A DNA stretch of 64,000 nt, taken from positions 1 through 64,000 of IMG/VR virus record IMGVR_UViG_3300036770_001342; one strand, written 5' to 3'. Position numbers and translations under genes: made by a program. The DNA comes from a virus. The notes below the pieces were generated by a model. It saw only the letters and a program-made list of their open reading frames with translations, had not been told where the DNA came from and searched no databases. Of this stretch, positions 27,282-37,291 are shown piece after piece (position 1 is the stretch's first letter; each line of letters opens with the position of its first letter).

Positions 27282-27985
27282 GTCATTATTTCCTCAATTT
27301 TTTTATTTATTTTTTCTAATAACCAATTATTAATTAAAATTTCGTGTGAAGAGGGAGGTAGATGATGATCGTCTGGCGCAACTATAGGAATTTTGTTTTC
27401 TACGATATAATGATATGCACAACCTTCTACATGATTAATCTTATCTGCTAACCAAGTATAGGGCTTTATAAACAATTCTTCCGTAGGAACAAACCAAGAC
27501 CAAAATATAACAGGAACTTTAAATTGATCACATAAAAATTGCATAGTCATTATGTCTTGCATTACTTTATAATTTACCCATTTACTGACAGCAACTTGAC
27601 GCAACCAAAAATCGTCTATGTCTGATTTTTCACTTATTAACTGATACCTGCGTAAATTTTCATTATTACGGTAAGCATTAAAAGTATAACAGCCCATATC
27701 ATTTATAGATTGAGGATGGTCATACCCTATCGTATTATCTGTGTTTTCAAAATATTGTATACCTAAAGTAATTCTGCTGGGTTCTGATAACTGAATTATA
27801 ACTAAATCTAGTGTTGACTCTTTTAATATAGCGTGTAATTTCTCTATATAAAAAGAATTACCTGCTCCGGGAGAACTAGCACGTATTAAATTATACCCTA
27901 ACTTATCGCTTAAAAAGTCTGGCCAACTTTTGCCATAAAACGTATAACTATGACTATCTCCTATACATAGTACTGTTTTACTCAT
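27278..27985 (-). CDS. SGNH/GDSL-like protein
   Basis: CIGDSHS, GAGN, IIQLS..SR, DHHL..SH. Confidence 0.65.
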   Translation of the reverse strand: MSKTVLCIGDSHSYTFYGKSWPDFLSDKLGYNLIRASSPGAGNSFYIEKLHAILKESTLDLVIIQLSEPSRITLGIQYFENTDNTIGYDHPQSINDMGCYTFNAYRNNENLRRYQLISEKSDIDDFWLRQVAVSKWVNYKVMQDIMTMQFLCDQFKVPVIFWSWFVPTEELFIKPYTWLADKINHVEGCAYHYIVENKIPIVAPDDHHLPPSSHEILINNWLLEKINKKIEEIMT

Positions 27986-29085
27986 ACTGTAGTTCCATAA
28001 GTTTTCAAAAAGTGTAGTAGTTCACTGTGTTTGTTTTCATACTCATTAGACCAAAAATAGTTAAAATTATACTCTGCAATGTCATTTAATTTTATCCAAA
28101 TATTATGTTTTGTGTTTGTGTCTAAGTTACAAAAATTTTTAATTTGTTGTACAACTAATTGTAATCGATCATAGTGGTTAGTTACCATATCATATGATTC
28201 ATCTATAATACCATCAAATGTTTTAAATCCTAAATCTTTAAGTTTTTGTAAACTATGAGGTGGTGCTAATAAGATAAAGGCATGTTTATATGCGATGGCA
28301 GAATATATTTTTTCTGTAAAGAAAATTTCCGGTTCATACCAATTACTTTCAGTGATTACACTTATTCTACTTTCTAAAAATCTTTTCGTTCGTAATTCAT
28401 CTTGAGTACTATCTTGGGGTAATCTTATGTTGTATGGATCTATCCAAAATGTTTTTTGAATATAGGGTTTATATAACTCTTTTTTATCGTTAGGCAAATA
28501 GGGATCAGTCTCACAAAACTGTAGACTTGTTAACATGAACGGTACTTCGTCATTAAAGTTAGGATTAAAACTAACATAACCGTTATCAATAATATTGTTT
28601 AATTGCAATTCTGCAATGAGTTGATATCTATGATGTTTCGGGGACCTATTGTAAGACAAAAAATCTTTTATTTTATTATTAAAATTATGAGTGTGTTCAA
28701 ATTTACTATATTTTCTCCACTTATCAATCGCAAATAAGTTTAAAAAATTATATTTGTTTTCACCTATATCTTTATAATTTAAAATTTCTGTTGATAGATA
28801 TAAATCTTTTGTAGGAAAATTAGGATATTTGTTTATAAATTTATTAAAGATTTGATCTAGATGTTTTAAACTACCCTCATAGGGCAATACTAATACTACT
28901 TTATCACCTAAACGATAAGAACTTAAATCTACCTCGCATTCATTGTTTATATCTTGTACAGCGTATAGGTACAAATGAATTGCTGGCTTATTTGTATCTA
29001 ATACAAAAGAATGGTGTTGCGACCATTCTTGCATCCATCTAAATGCAAACTCGTCTTTATACTGTAATGTTCCATTAATAATCAT
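27982..29085 (-). CDS. Putative glycosyltransferase-like protein; paralog of 15362..16483
   Basis: FLSYNRSPKHHR, SVITES..FFTEKI, GFKTFDGIIDESYD. Confidence 0.55.
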   Translation of the reverse strand: MIINGTLQYKDEFAFRWMQEWSQHHSFVLDTNKPAIHLYLYAVQDINNECEVDLSSYRLGDKVVLVLPYEGSLKHLDQIFNKFINKYPNFPTKDLYLSTEILNYKDIGENKYNFLNLFAIDKWRKYSKFEHTHNFNNKIKDFLSYNRSPKHHRYQLIAELQLNNIIDNGYVSFNPNFNDEVPFMLTSLQFCETDPYLPNDKKELYKPYIQKTFWIDPYNIRLPQDSTQDELRTKRFLESRISVITESNWYEPEIFFTEKIYSAIAYKHAFILLAPPHSLQKLKDLGFKTFDGIIDESYDMVTNHYDRLQLVVQQIKNFCNLDTNTKHNIWIKLNDIAEYNFNYFWSNEYENKHSELLHFLKTYGTTV

Positions 29086-29201
29086 TTATAAATGAAGGGG
29101 TCTCTTTTACGCAATTCTTTTAATCTTTTGCGGTATCTAATCTCTCTGGTTATCTTACCAAAAAGTACATTAACAATAAAATTTTTAATTTTTTTAAACA
29201 T
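29082..29201 (-). CDS. 39-aa basic peptide (not in ORF track)
   Basis: MFKKIKNFIVNVLFGKITREIRYRKRLKELRKRDPFIYK; AGGAG RBS; overlaps both neighbours. Confidence 0.75.
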   Translation of the reverse strand: MFKKIKNFIVNVLFGKITREIRYRKRLKELRKRDPFIYK

Positions 29202-30219
29202 GTTTTTCTCCTATGCCTAGTCTATACTGATCTAGTGCTATACTGATTTCGTTGTAGAGCATTTCATTAAATGGTAATTTTTTAGTTTTTATAATATCGT
29301 TGATTATTAAAGAATATTCAGATTTATAATAATAGTGTGCGCTTACTAGAAACTTAATTTGTTCATCATCTATACCATCTACTACCCACTTACGCCATGC
29401 TCCTTGATTAAGAACATATTCTTTAAATTTTTTTAATTCGTGCGGATAATAATATCCTAGTTTATTTAACACTAGCGTATGTATATACCCTAATTGAGGG
29501 GCAATGTTAATGCTATCAATCCCTGTTTTATAATGCAATGCTGCTTGATTTTTGTTTAAGTAGTCCCCATTATGTTCCTTAAACAAAAAGTTATTATTAT
29601 GTAATCTGTTAGCAATACTTTGTGATAGTTCTACATTGAATGTGCCTATTTGGGTATGTTTAGTCAAACTACCTGTTTGATTAACTAAAAAAACTATATT
29701 TTTATATTTCTTAGCAAATTCAATCTGTTTATCAACAGTGTGCAAATTATCTAATAGATTAAGACCAGTATTATCTTCACAACCAAATTCAATTGCTATA
29801 TTTGGATTTAAAGATAAGGCATAGTCTATTAATTCTACGGCCAATGTATCTTGTTTATCCTGTTCTACTCTGCTTACATCAATGTGTATTAGATCAAAAT
29901 TATTGGTTATATCTTCTTTAATTGTTTCTTTGCAACGATGCACACTCATGTCATATGGTATTGTTTTGTCTACATCTGCAAAATTAGGGCCGCAATGATC
30001 TCTGCATATCTTAATAAGGTCTGAATTGTAAAATGAGTTAGATGTAATGTGGTTAACAAGTTCTTTAGTTTTAAAAGAGTAACCGTTGTCATAGTCAACT
30101 TGATTTCTACTTGCGATTACCATTAATGGAAACTGATAGTAATTACTATATGCTAGGCAAGCATCTACGACTTCAGGACTCATAGGTCCTATACCTAGTT
30201 TAAATTTGGACCAATCCAT
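29194..30219 (-). CDS. GatZ/KbaZ-like (tagatose-bisphosphate aldolase subunit / hexose-phosphate epimerase) TIM barrel
   Basis: IASRNQVD, RDHCGP, IHIDVS, KEHNGDY, NIAPQLG. Confidence 0.7.
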   Translation of the reverse strand: MDWSKFKLGIGPMSPEVVDACLAYSNYYQFPLMVIASRNQVDYDNGYSFKTKELVNHITSNSFYNSDLIKICRDHCGPNFADVDKTIPYDMSVHRCKETIKEDITNNFDLIHIDVSRVEQDKQDTLAVELIDYALSLNPNIAIEFGCEDNTGLNLLDNLHTVDKQIEFAKKYKNIVFLVNQTGSLTKHTQIGTFNVELSQSIANRLHNNNFLFKEHNGDYLNKNQAALHYKTGIDSINIAPQLGYIHTLVLNKLGYYYPHELKKFKEYVLNQGAWRKWVVDGIDDEQIKFLVSAHYYYKSEYSLIINDIIKTKKLPFNEMLYNEISIALDQYRLGIGEKHV

Positions 30220-30682
30220 TCATCACCTTTTCAAGATAAAGACAAGCATCTAATACTGCGCCGTATCCCGATTTACTGGGAGTTACATATTTAGCAGCAT
30301 ATTTGGCCTCTTCTCTAGCATTGGCAGGAGCGATTCCTACTCTAACAGCACGTAATATAGGAGCGTCAAAAATCCCGTCTCCCATATAGGCTGTTTTATT
30401 GAAGTCTATGTTTTCCACAAACCAAAGAGAGCGTTCTTCTTCTGTTACTAAATGTAATTTATTTTCTGGGAATTTCCAGTCTTGTACTATACGTGCTTTG
30501 GTGATTTCAAATCCAGTATGATCAGCAGTAACAAATTGAATGTCGGTGATGTATTTGCGTATTAATTTTAACCCGTCTTTATCATGAGGGCCAAATATCT
30601 TATAAACTTTTCCCTGGTTACTATAAATTGAGTGACCAGTTGTTAAAACACCATCAACGTCTAAAATAAATTTGTCTAACAT
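30200..30682 (-). CDS. KdsC-like HAD phosphatase
   Basis: ILDVDGVLT, YMGDGIFD, PANA, SGYGAV. Confidence 0.85.
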   Translation of the reverse strand: MLDKFILDVDGVLTTGHSIYSNQGKVYKIFGPHDKDGLKLIRKYITDIQFVTADHTGFEITKARIVQDWKFPENKLHLVTEEERSLWFVENIDFNKTAYMGDGIFDAPILRAVRVGIAPANAREEAKYAAKYVTPSKSGYGAVLDACLYLEKVMNGLVQI

Positions 30683-31398
30683 CTTTTTGCCGCAATATTC
30701 TCATATTCTTCCGCAGTAATCATCCTTCCTGTGTAGATAGCATACTGTTTTATAAATTGGTATTTATAAAATGTTTGCCCACTAACATAGTCTACATTTT
30801 TAGACTGTTCAGTTAGTTTATTAGGATTGATACTTAAATCTATTACCAATCTTGTATTTTTATGTAAAATATCAATTGGACTGTCTGTATTTACTGTTCC
30901 GTTTGCAGTGCAATTAATTAAAACTGTGCAGGAATCATGGCGGCGATCATAGTTGTTTAAACTTTTACTATACAGTTTAACATCAGTGTATCCTAATTTA
31001 CGCATGTACTTTAAGTACATATTACCCATATTTCCATTACCCAATATTATAACTGTATCTTGGGGCGTGATTTTGCTTACCGTATATATTATACCTTCTA
31101 AATCAGTATTGTAGGAATCGAATCCGTCATTGCTTTTAACTAGTGTATTACAACTATTATAAATCACTACATCTAAACTTTTGCTTTTAGAGTGTGTGAT
31201 GACACGCTGTTTAAAAGGCATGCTTACGCTTATTCCTACCGCGTCAGAAAAAAGGTTATATAACGTTTTGTCAAAGTTGTCTACATCACATCCTATAGGG
31301 GTATAACAAGCATTGATTCCATGCAACTTAAAAAAAGAGTTATAGAAATACTCTCCTTGTTTTCCGGGATGTGACGAAATACTATAAAAATTTTTCAT
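30676..31398 (-). CDS. Shikimate dehydrogenase-like oxidoreductase
   Basis: SVSMPFK, CNT, YNTD..G, GNGNMG, INCT. Confidence 0.8.
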   Translation of the reverse strand: MKNFYSISSHPGKQGEYFYNSFFKLHGINACYTPIGCDVDNFDKTLYNLFSDAVGISVSMPFKQRVITHSKSKSLDVVIYNSCNTLVKSNDGFDSYNTDLEGIIYTVSKITPQDTVIILGNGNMGNMYLKYMRKLGYTDVKLYSKSLNNYDRRHDSCTVLINCTANGTVNTDSPIDILHKNTRLVIDLSINPNKLTEQSKNVDYVSGQTFYKYQFIKQYAIYTGRMITAEEYENIAAKRC

Positions 31399-32932
31399 GC
31401 TCTAATTGCTCAAACAACATGATCCCTAGATACCATAATAATTTATCAAATGGATCTTTGTGTAACGGGGCCATATTCCAATATATGACGGGTATTAAAA
31501 GTTTCACTTTTTGCAAATTGTAGTTTTTTGCTTTAATGTATTTTATCAACTCCGCCACATAGTATTCATAATTTTCTACATAAGGAATATCAATTGACAC
31601 TTTACCGTCACATATTTCTACATTAAAATTGTTTTGCTTGATCTTGCTATAATCAATTAAAAAACCACCATACAGTTTGCTTAAATCGTAATAGATGTCC
31701 CCATATTCAACAATGTCGCCAAACTCATGTCTCCAATCTATAACTGTAAATTTGTCTTTATTAATTAACACGTTGTCAAATTGTAAGTCCCCATGCGTAT
31801 ATCCAGAAAGTAAACAGGTTGTCAACAAGTTCCAATCAATATTATTCAAATAATAATCATAGTGTTTAACAGAAACATTGTTTATATGGGTGACTGTTGG
31901 TAGATTTTTATGCATGTTCAGAAATTTGTCAATTCTAGATAAAGTCTTTTCTTTATAGAATTTGGTAGCATCAGCCTGCAAATCTACATCTTTGGTAATC
32001 CAAACTTGTTTATCCATCCAATCTAAAAATTTTTTAAAACTTTGTTTCTTATTGTTTTGATACAACGTTTTTCCCTTACCAAAATCATATTTTAACCAAC
32101 CATTAGATTGTGTAACTTGTTCAGGATAAACGTCTGGATTAGTAAGGTATTTGGTATACTTTTTTTGTGAGATAGAACTGTCTTTCCAGTACTTTAAAAC
32201 TTTGTTATTACAAATATATGTAATCTCATCAGTTTTGGTAAAATCATAATTTTCAACTTCTTTTCTAGCAGAAGTGTAAATGTTTAGATTACCGAAATCT
32301 AACCAAGAATTAAGAAGTTGCACATTACTACCAACAGAAATCGTCTCTATAATTTCCGGCGTTTTACATGCCTGCAATCGTTCTATAAATTTAATATGGT
32401 CTTTGATATACATAACTCCGGTAAATGCATAGTAATCACTACCGGTAGTTTCTTTAAATTGTATATCTAATATCTTGTTATTATCTAATTTAAAAGTTGT
32501 GTAATGAAAATTTAAGTCTTGATCGACTTGTTTGACATAGTACGTGTCTGTACCAGATGGTTTTAACTTCTCTGTAAAATAAGAGTCGCAAGGAATATAA
32601 TAAAATGATCCAGTAATTTTTTCTATGCACTGTTTAATAGTATATCCGGGCCCAGTAAAATTTTCAATATAATTGTCAATTTCGACAAACTCAATATTTC
32701 GTTCAGGGTATGCTAGATTACAAAAATCTATAACTTGTTCTTTTTTATATCCGACCGGAATTATAAATTTAGTGTCATTAGAAAATTGATCTATAATATG
32801 CGCAAGTACGGGTTTATTTTTAAACGGTACTAATCCTTTATTGATAAAGGCAGTAAGTTCTCCCATTCTAGAACCTAATCCAACAGTAGGTATTATTACT
32901 AGATTATTTGTGTTCGCTTTCAATTTTACCAT
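31382..32932 (-). CDS. Sugar-phosphate nucleotidyltransferase fused to an APH/choline-kinase-like phosphotransferase
   Basis: GLGSRM..NKGL, VGYKKEQ, PCD, WLDFGN; C-terminal HGDLQFDN, IDWR, YYDLSK. Confidence 0.8.
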   Translation of the reverse strand: MVKLKANTNNLVIIPTVGLGSRMGELTAFINKGLVPFKNKPVLAHIIDQFSNDTKFIIPVGYKKEQVIDFCNLAYPERNIEFVEIDNYIENFTGPGYTIKQCIEKITGSFYYIPCDSYFTEKLKPSGTDTYYVKQVDQDLNFHYTTFKLDNNKILDIQFKETTGSDYYAFTGVMYIKDHIKFIERLQACKTPEIIETISVGSNVQLLNSWLDFGNLNIYTSARKEVENYDFTKTDEITYICNNKVLKYWKDSSISQKKYTKYLTNPDVYPEQVTQSNGWLKYDFGKGKTLYQNNKKQSFKKFLDWMDKQVWITKDVDLQADATKFYKEKTLSRIDKFLNMHKNLPTVTHINNVSVKHYDYYLNNIDWNLLTTCLLSGYTHGDLQFDNVLINKDKFTVIDWRHEFGDIVEYGDIYYDLSKLYGGFLIDYSKIKQNNFNVEICDGKVSIDIPYVENYEYYVAELIKYIKAKNYNLQKVKLLIPVIYWNMAPLHKDPFDKLLWYLGIMLFEQLEHEKFL

Positions 32933-33344
32933 GCGATCTGCCGATATCGTCTTGTAATCTTACTACATCATCTAGTTCAGTTGTGCTTGCTTCTATAAAT
33001 TCTAGGTCAGTAATCGCTTCAACTCTATGAACATATCCCGGAGAGATATTGCAACTGACGCCCTCATATAAATCTATAACATTCATGTTTTTTTGATATA
33101 GTTCAAGTTCGCTATCAGTCATTCCTTTTAATAAAAACGTGTCTATATCTAGCGGGGTTTGGCTAATGTATAGTTTACCCGTTCCGGATAATACATAATT
33201 AGTTTCAAATTTATTTTTATGTACTTGGAGACTAGTACGCTTGCCAGCCTTAAATAATATACGTTTTAACGCATAGGGTTCATTTTTACCTTCTGCGATC
33301 CATAATTCATGTCCCCAGTGTTTTGTTACTTTTTTAATAGGCAT
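32904..33344 (-). CDS. Cupin (mannose-6-phosphate isomerase C-terminal-like)
   Basis: KHWGHE, SLQVH..KFET, PGYVHR, DDVVRLQD. Confidence 0.85.
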   Translation of the reverse strand: MPIKKVTKHWGHELWIAEGKNEPYALKRILFKAGKRTSLQVHKNKFETNYVLSGTGKLYISQTPLDIDTFLLKGMTDSELELYQKNMNVIDLYEGVSCNISPGYVHRVEAITDLEFIEASTTELDDVVRLQDDIGRSHGKIESEHK

Positions 33345-34125
33345 TTATTTTCTCTATTAATAGATCAGCAGTAATTTTATGGGCTTCTTCATTAGCATGT
33401 AGACTTCCTATTGTATCAGGATACTTGTCTGCATATCTAAACCAATTGTGGTTTAAAAAGTTTTTTTCTGGAATTAACTTTCGCAGTTTTTCTTCGTCTG
33501 ACATGACTATTACTTTAATACCATTATTTATAAGCATACTGTATGCTGTGTATATTAAACTGATATCGTAATCTCTTTTCATAGGACTGACACTTACTGA
33601 TCCGTACATCATAACATCAATAAAATAGTCACGTATTAATTTTAATCTTTCTTTGCTTTCATTTTCAAATCTAGGATATTTATTAGGATGGTATTTGTCT
33701 AGATGTTCATGCAATGCTGGTATTTGTTCGGTAAAAAGAATAGGTTTATATTTAGGATTGTCTTTAAGATAAAAATCTAATGAATTTTCATGATATGGTT
33801 GTGGATAATTATGGGGAGGATAATCATGATAATTTAAATTAAGCATACTAAGATAATAAGGAACCTGCTTGTCATCTGCTTCGCTCGATAACCATTCCAT
33901 TCTGTCAAAACTTGTAACGCTGATTATTACAAATGATGGTTTGGTTGCTAATTCTAAAACATACTGTGCTTGTAGGTATATTGCATAATTACTTGCGCTG
34001 CCCCTAGCAAAAACGTTTAAATCCCAATCAAAGTGATTAGCAACTAGTTGACCATATCTGTCTCTTAGTATATTTCTAAGTCCTATGCCCACATTAAAAC
34101 TATCACCGCAGATTACTAAACTCAT
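33334..34125 (-). CDS. SGNH-like protein
   Basis: ICGDSF, GSASN, HANEEAH. Confidence 0.6.
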   Translation of the reverse strand: MSLVICGDSFNVGIGLRNILRDRYGQLVANHFDWDLNVFARGSASNYAIYLQAQYVLELATKPSFVIISVTSFDRMEWLSSEADDKQVPYYLSMLNLNYHDYPPHNYPQPYHENSLDFYLKDNPKYKPILFTEQIPALHEHLDKYHPNKYPRFENESKERLKLIRDYFIDVMMYGSVSVSPMKRDYDISLIYTAYSMLINNGIKVIVMSDEEKLRKLIPEKNFLNHNWFRYADKYPDTIGSLHANEEAHKITADLLIEKINAY

Positions 34126-35006
34126 ATTATTTTATTCTCGTTTATATATCTATATAGTTCTTCTGCCCATGCTTTGTGAGATACATCTGACGGGTGCATT
34201 CCAAAATACTTCTGTTCTATATCAGTTTGATCTATAAAGTTTTTAAAAGTATTATGGTAAATATTTTTCTTATAAAATCTGACTGGATCAACTGTGTCCC
34301 ACAATTTATGGTAATGATTATAACTTTTGTGTTGTCTAGTTGTATCTAAATTTGAATAGTTGATTTTACCATAACTGTAACTAAAAAGATCAAGTTTACT
34401 TGCTATATCTCTTATATTTAAATTTTGCCATAGATGAAAAAAATGTGTATCTGTTTGATAAAAACTGTTAAATGCTAGCCATTTGATGTTATGAGCCTGA
34501 CAGAAATTTTGTAACAAAATATTGTTCATTATGTATCTTGGGATATATTCTTCTTCGTTCCACAAGTAACTAATATAATATTGCCAAAAATCTTTATTGT
34601 GGGGTACATTGAAGTGTGGAACGTGGGGCCAAATTCTAAATCTAAAACTCATTTGTTCATCTTTATACCAGAAAAAATTACGTTCAGGACTAGACCAACC
34701 TACAACAACCAATAAATCATTTGTAGATTTGTTTACACTGATATAGTTTTCTATTAGATAAAGTATTGTTCTGTTTAGTATTGAACCGTTATCATCAGCA
34801 GGTGTTGATAAATTTATTACTTCCTCTGCCTTAAATAATTCTCCTAAATGATAAGAATATGTTTTAGGTATTCTATATGCATCGTTATCTTCAAAGTAGT
34901 CATATTGAGTTACGTATTGATAGTCTTTTGAATATTTTGCTTCGTGTTCAGGACTTACTATTTCTGATCCAAAAGTCCAACTGTCACCATTTGTTACTAT
35001 TTTCAT
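34122..35006 (-). CDS. SGNH-like protein (start moved to MKIVTNGDS)
   Basis: NGDSWTFG, VGWSSPER, HPSDVSH. Confidence 0.65.
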   Translation of the reverse strand: MKIVTNGDSWTFGSEIVSPEHEAKYSKDYQYVTQYDYFEDNDAYRIPKTYSYHLGELFKAEEVINLSTPADDNGSILNRTILYLIENYISVNKSTNDLLVVVGWSSPERNFFWYKDEQMSFRFRIWPHVPHFNVPHNKDFWQYYISYLWNEEEYIPRYIMNNILLQNFCQAHNIKWLAFNSFYQTDTHFFHLWQNLNIRDIASKLDLFSYSYGKINYSNLDTTRQHKSYNHYHKLWDTVDPVRFYKKNIYHNTFKNFIDQTDIEQKYFGMHPSDVSHKAWAEELYRYINENKII

Positions 35007-35770
35007 AAAAAACTCTCTAAGTAAGTAGCCCAAGCATCATGCCCTTCTTCAAAATAATGGGAGTTGGGACCTTTTTTGTAATTGTCTTTCAAAAATTCGT
35101 GCATACCTATAGGTATAAAATTTGTTCTATCAAGTAAATTTGAATATTTGGTAGGATTTTCTAAATTTAATTGCGCATCAATCATTTTGCCGTAAGTTAG
35201 AAAAAATTTGTATTTTACATTGAGATGCTTAAAAGTGTTTTGTAAGGTTAATATATTTCTGTATGATCTGTCCGCGTCTCCTATATCCGTAGAAAATCGT
35301 GTAAAGTAATATTCAACTTCATTATTTTCACCGGTAGGACAAAAATTTACATATCTATTATATTCATTTTTATAGAATTCATTACGATTTGGTGATGTTA
35401 TGCCAATTATAAATTGATATTTAAAAGGGTATCTACTAATTTGATCATAATTTTCATCAATAAATTCAAGCGTGGTTCTTGTAATTTTATCGTTACTGCC
35501 GCCGTTTGACCCTAAATTTAACACGGTCAAAGCATTTAATTTTTCACCTAATACTCCACCAAAAAAGTAACGCTTTCTATAATTTTCGCACACGATTCTA
35601 TCGTGGTCAGTTAACGTTATTTCTTTCGTCTGATATGGTTCCCCAAATAAAAACATCATAAAATTTTTATCTGTTAATAGCGACTTATATTGGTCGGGTA
35701 CCAATTCTTCGCCGTATACATTACTATCGCCGTTAAGAATTAAGTTGAAGCGCGGCGTTTGATTTTCCAT
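35003..35770 (-). CDS. SGNH-like protein
   Basis: NGDSNVYG, GGSN, IGITSPNR, HYFEEGH. Confidence 0.65.
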   Translation of the reverse strand: MENQTPRFNLILNGDSNVYGEELVPDQYKSLLTDKNFMMFLFGEPYQTKEITLTDHDRIVCENYRKRYFFGGVLGEKLNALTVLNLGSNGGSNDKITRTTLEFIDENYDQISRYPFKYQFIIGITSPNRNEFYKNEYNRYVNFCPTGENNEVEYYFTRFSTDIGDADRSYRNILTLQNTFKHLNVKYKFFLTYGKMIDAQLNLENPTKYSNLLDRTNFIPIGMHEFLKDNYKKGPNSHYFEEGHDAWATYLESFL

Positions 35771-36486
35771 GGATAATCCTTATAAAATACAAATAGTCCT
35801 AAATCTGTTGCATATTTATGGAGTATTGAACCCGGACCTAATTTTCTGTGTGCTAGTTTATTAATACGATGCGCAGGTTCTTTGCAAAAATCTGTAGTAT
35901 TTTCTATATGTTTTCTGTATACGTTCGATAATAAATCCATCGAAAAACTATCGCCCCAATACATCACATCATTTAAATCATTGCCGTAATATTCTGTTAT
36001 CATTTTGTGCGGTTTTAATCCGGCTGTTATCGATAGAATAGGAGGCAATTCGTATTCAAAGTGCTGCATTTCCCAATATGCGTCAGGTCTAGTTTTTATA
36101 ACTAAATCATATTCAAAATTATTTTCTAATTCATAACTGCGTTTTAATTGCATACTTCTCATAAAACTGTATAAGGGACTTTCCCATGCTGAATATTTTA
36201 TGGTAATTGCCTTGTCTACTTCAAATTTTACAAAATTATAGGCATTTTTGTAATCTGTTATTTCTTGTTCGTCAATTATTACATCTACGCTATCTTTATA
36301 TTTGGGACCATTCCAAATAGTTTCATACTTTAAATCAATCCAAGTATTATAATTCCAAGTATGAGCAAACAAATCTATTTGGTGCGTAGTATTACCGATA
36401 TTATAAAATCTTATAATATCATCATATGTTTCTCGCCAGGTACGAATTTGACCGGAAAAGCAAATTGCAATTTTAAGAGGCTTCAT
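35740..36486 (-). CDS. Putative glycan-modifying protein; paralog of 36473..37291
   Basis: KIAICFSGQIR, FAHTW, YELENNFEYD..IKTRPD. Confidence 0.6.
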   Translation of the reverse strand: MKPLKIAICFSGQIRTWRETYDDIIRFYNIGNTTHQIDLFAHTWNYNTWIDLKYETIWNGPKYKDSVDVIIDEQEITDYKNAYNFVKFEVDKAITIKYSAWESPLYSFMRSMQLKRSYELENNFEYDLVIKTRPDAYWEMQHFEYELPPILSITAGLKPHKMITEYYGNDLNDVMYWGDSFSMDLLSNVYRKHIENTTDFCKEPAHRINKLAHRKLGPGSILHKYATDLGLFVFYKDYPWKIKRRAST

Positions 36487-37291
36487 AATCGTGTAGTCCA
36501 TACTTATTGATATAATTTTCATCTCTTATGACTAAGGGTATGATACCCCCGTCTAGTTGATGTATAGTTATATTAAGCATTTTCGTGTAGAAAAATAAGG
36601 CTCTTTCAGGAGATAGTTTTTCAAAAAACATTTGATCAACTAAAAATTTACTTCCCCTAAAAAAATCACTCATAATATCAAAAGTTAAAGAATTTGAATA
36701 CCAAAAAACATCCCCTACTTTAGTATATGGATATTCTATAACATTATTAGTAGTATATAATGTATTCGTATCAGGTAATGGTAATTTTGCTAATTTAGGT
36801 ATATGATGATTATCATATAGTTTTTTAAACGTCATATCTGATCTACCGTGAATACAAATATCATATTCAAAATTATTTTCTCGCTCATACTGCCTTTTTA
36901 ATTCTGCTACTTTCATCCAGCTGTAATATTGGTATGAGACTTCTTTAACAACCGGAGTAACTTCTTGATCATTATAGGGATTTGGTAATTGACTTTTAAT
37001 TTGCATGACCAAATCTTCAACATGTTGAGGGACATCAAATTCAGACTTGTCTATACAATATTTTTTTGGATAATATAATTCATTTATTTGATTAAATTCA
37101 TCGTCACTGACATATTCTTTTTGATTATCATGTAACTCAACGCTTTTTGGTACAGTTTTATAATTCCAAAAATGATAAAATACATCTTTAGAACAATTAT
37201 AATCCGTAAATAAGTTGTCCCACCATCGCTGACCCTTATCCCACATTCTAGGTTGTCCAGTTAAACAAACTGCTATTTTCAACTCTCTCAT
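36473..37291 (-). CDS. Putative glycan-modifying protein; paralog of 35740..36486
   Basis: KIAVCLTGQPR, FYHFW, YERENNFEYD..IHGRSD. Confidence 0.6.
   Translation of the reverse strand: MRELKIAVCLTGQPRMWDKGQRWWDNLFTDYNCSKDVFYHFWNYKTVPKSVELHDNQKEYVSDDEFNQINELYYPKKYCIDKSEFDVPQHVEDLVMQIKSQLPNPYNDQEVTPVVKEVSYQYYSWMKVAELKRQYERENNFEYDICIHGRSDMTFKKLYDNHHIPKLAKLPLPDTNTLYTTNNVIEYPYTKVGDVFWYSNSLTFDIMSDFFRGSKFLVDQMFFEKLSPERALFFYTKMLNITIHQLDGGIIPLVIRDENYINKYGLHDYEAS

Noticed and set aside
30676-31398. aroE as an aromatic amino-acid auxiliary metabolic gene
   Set aside because: Context is a sugar-nucleotide cassette with no other aro genes, so no symbol was assigned
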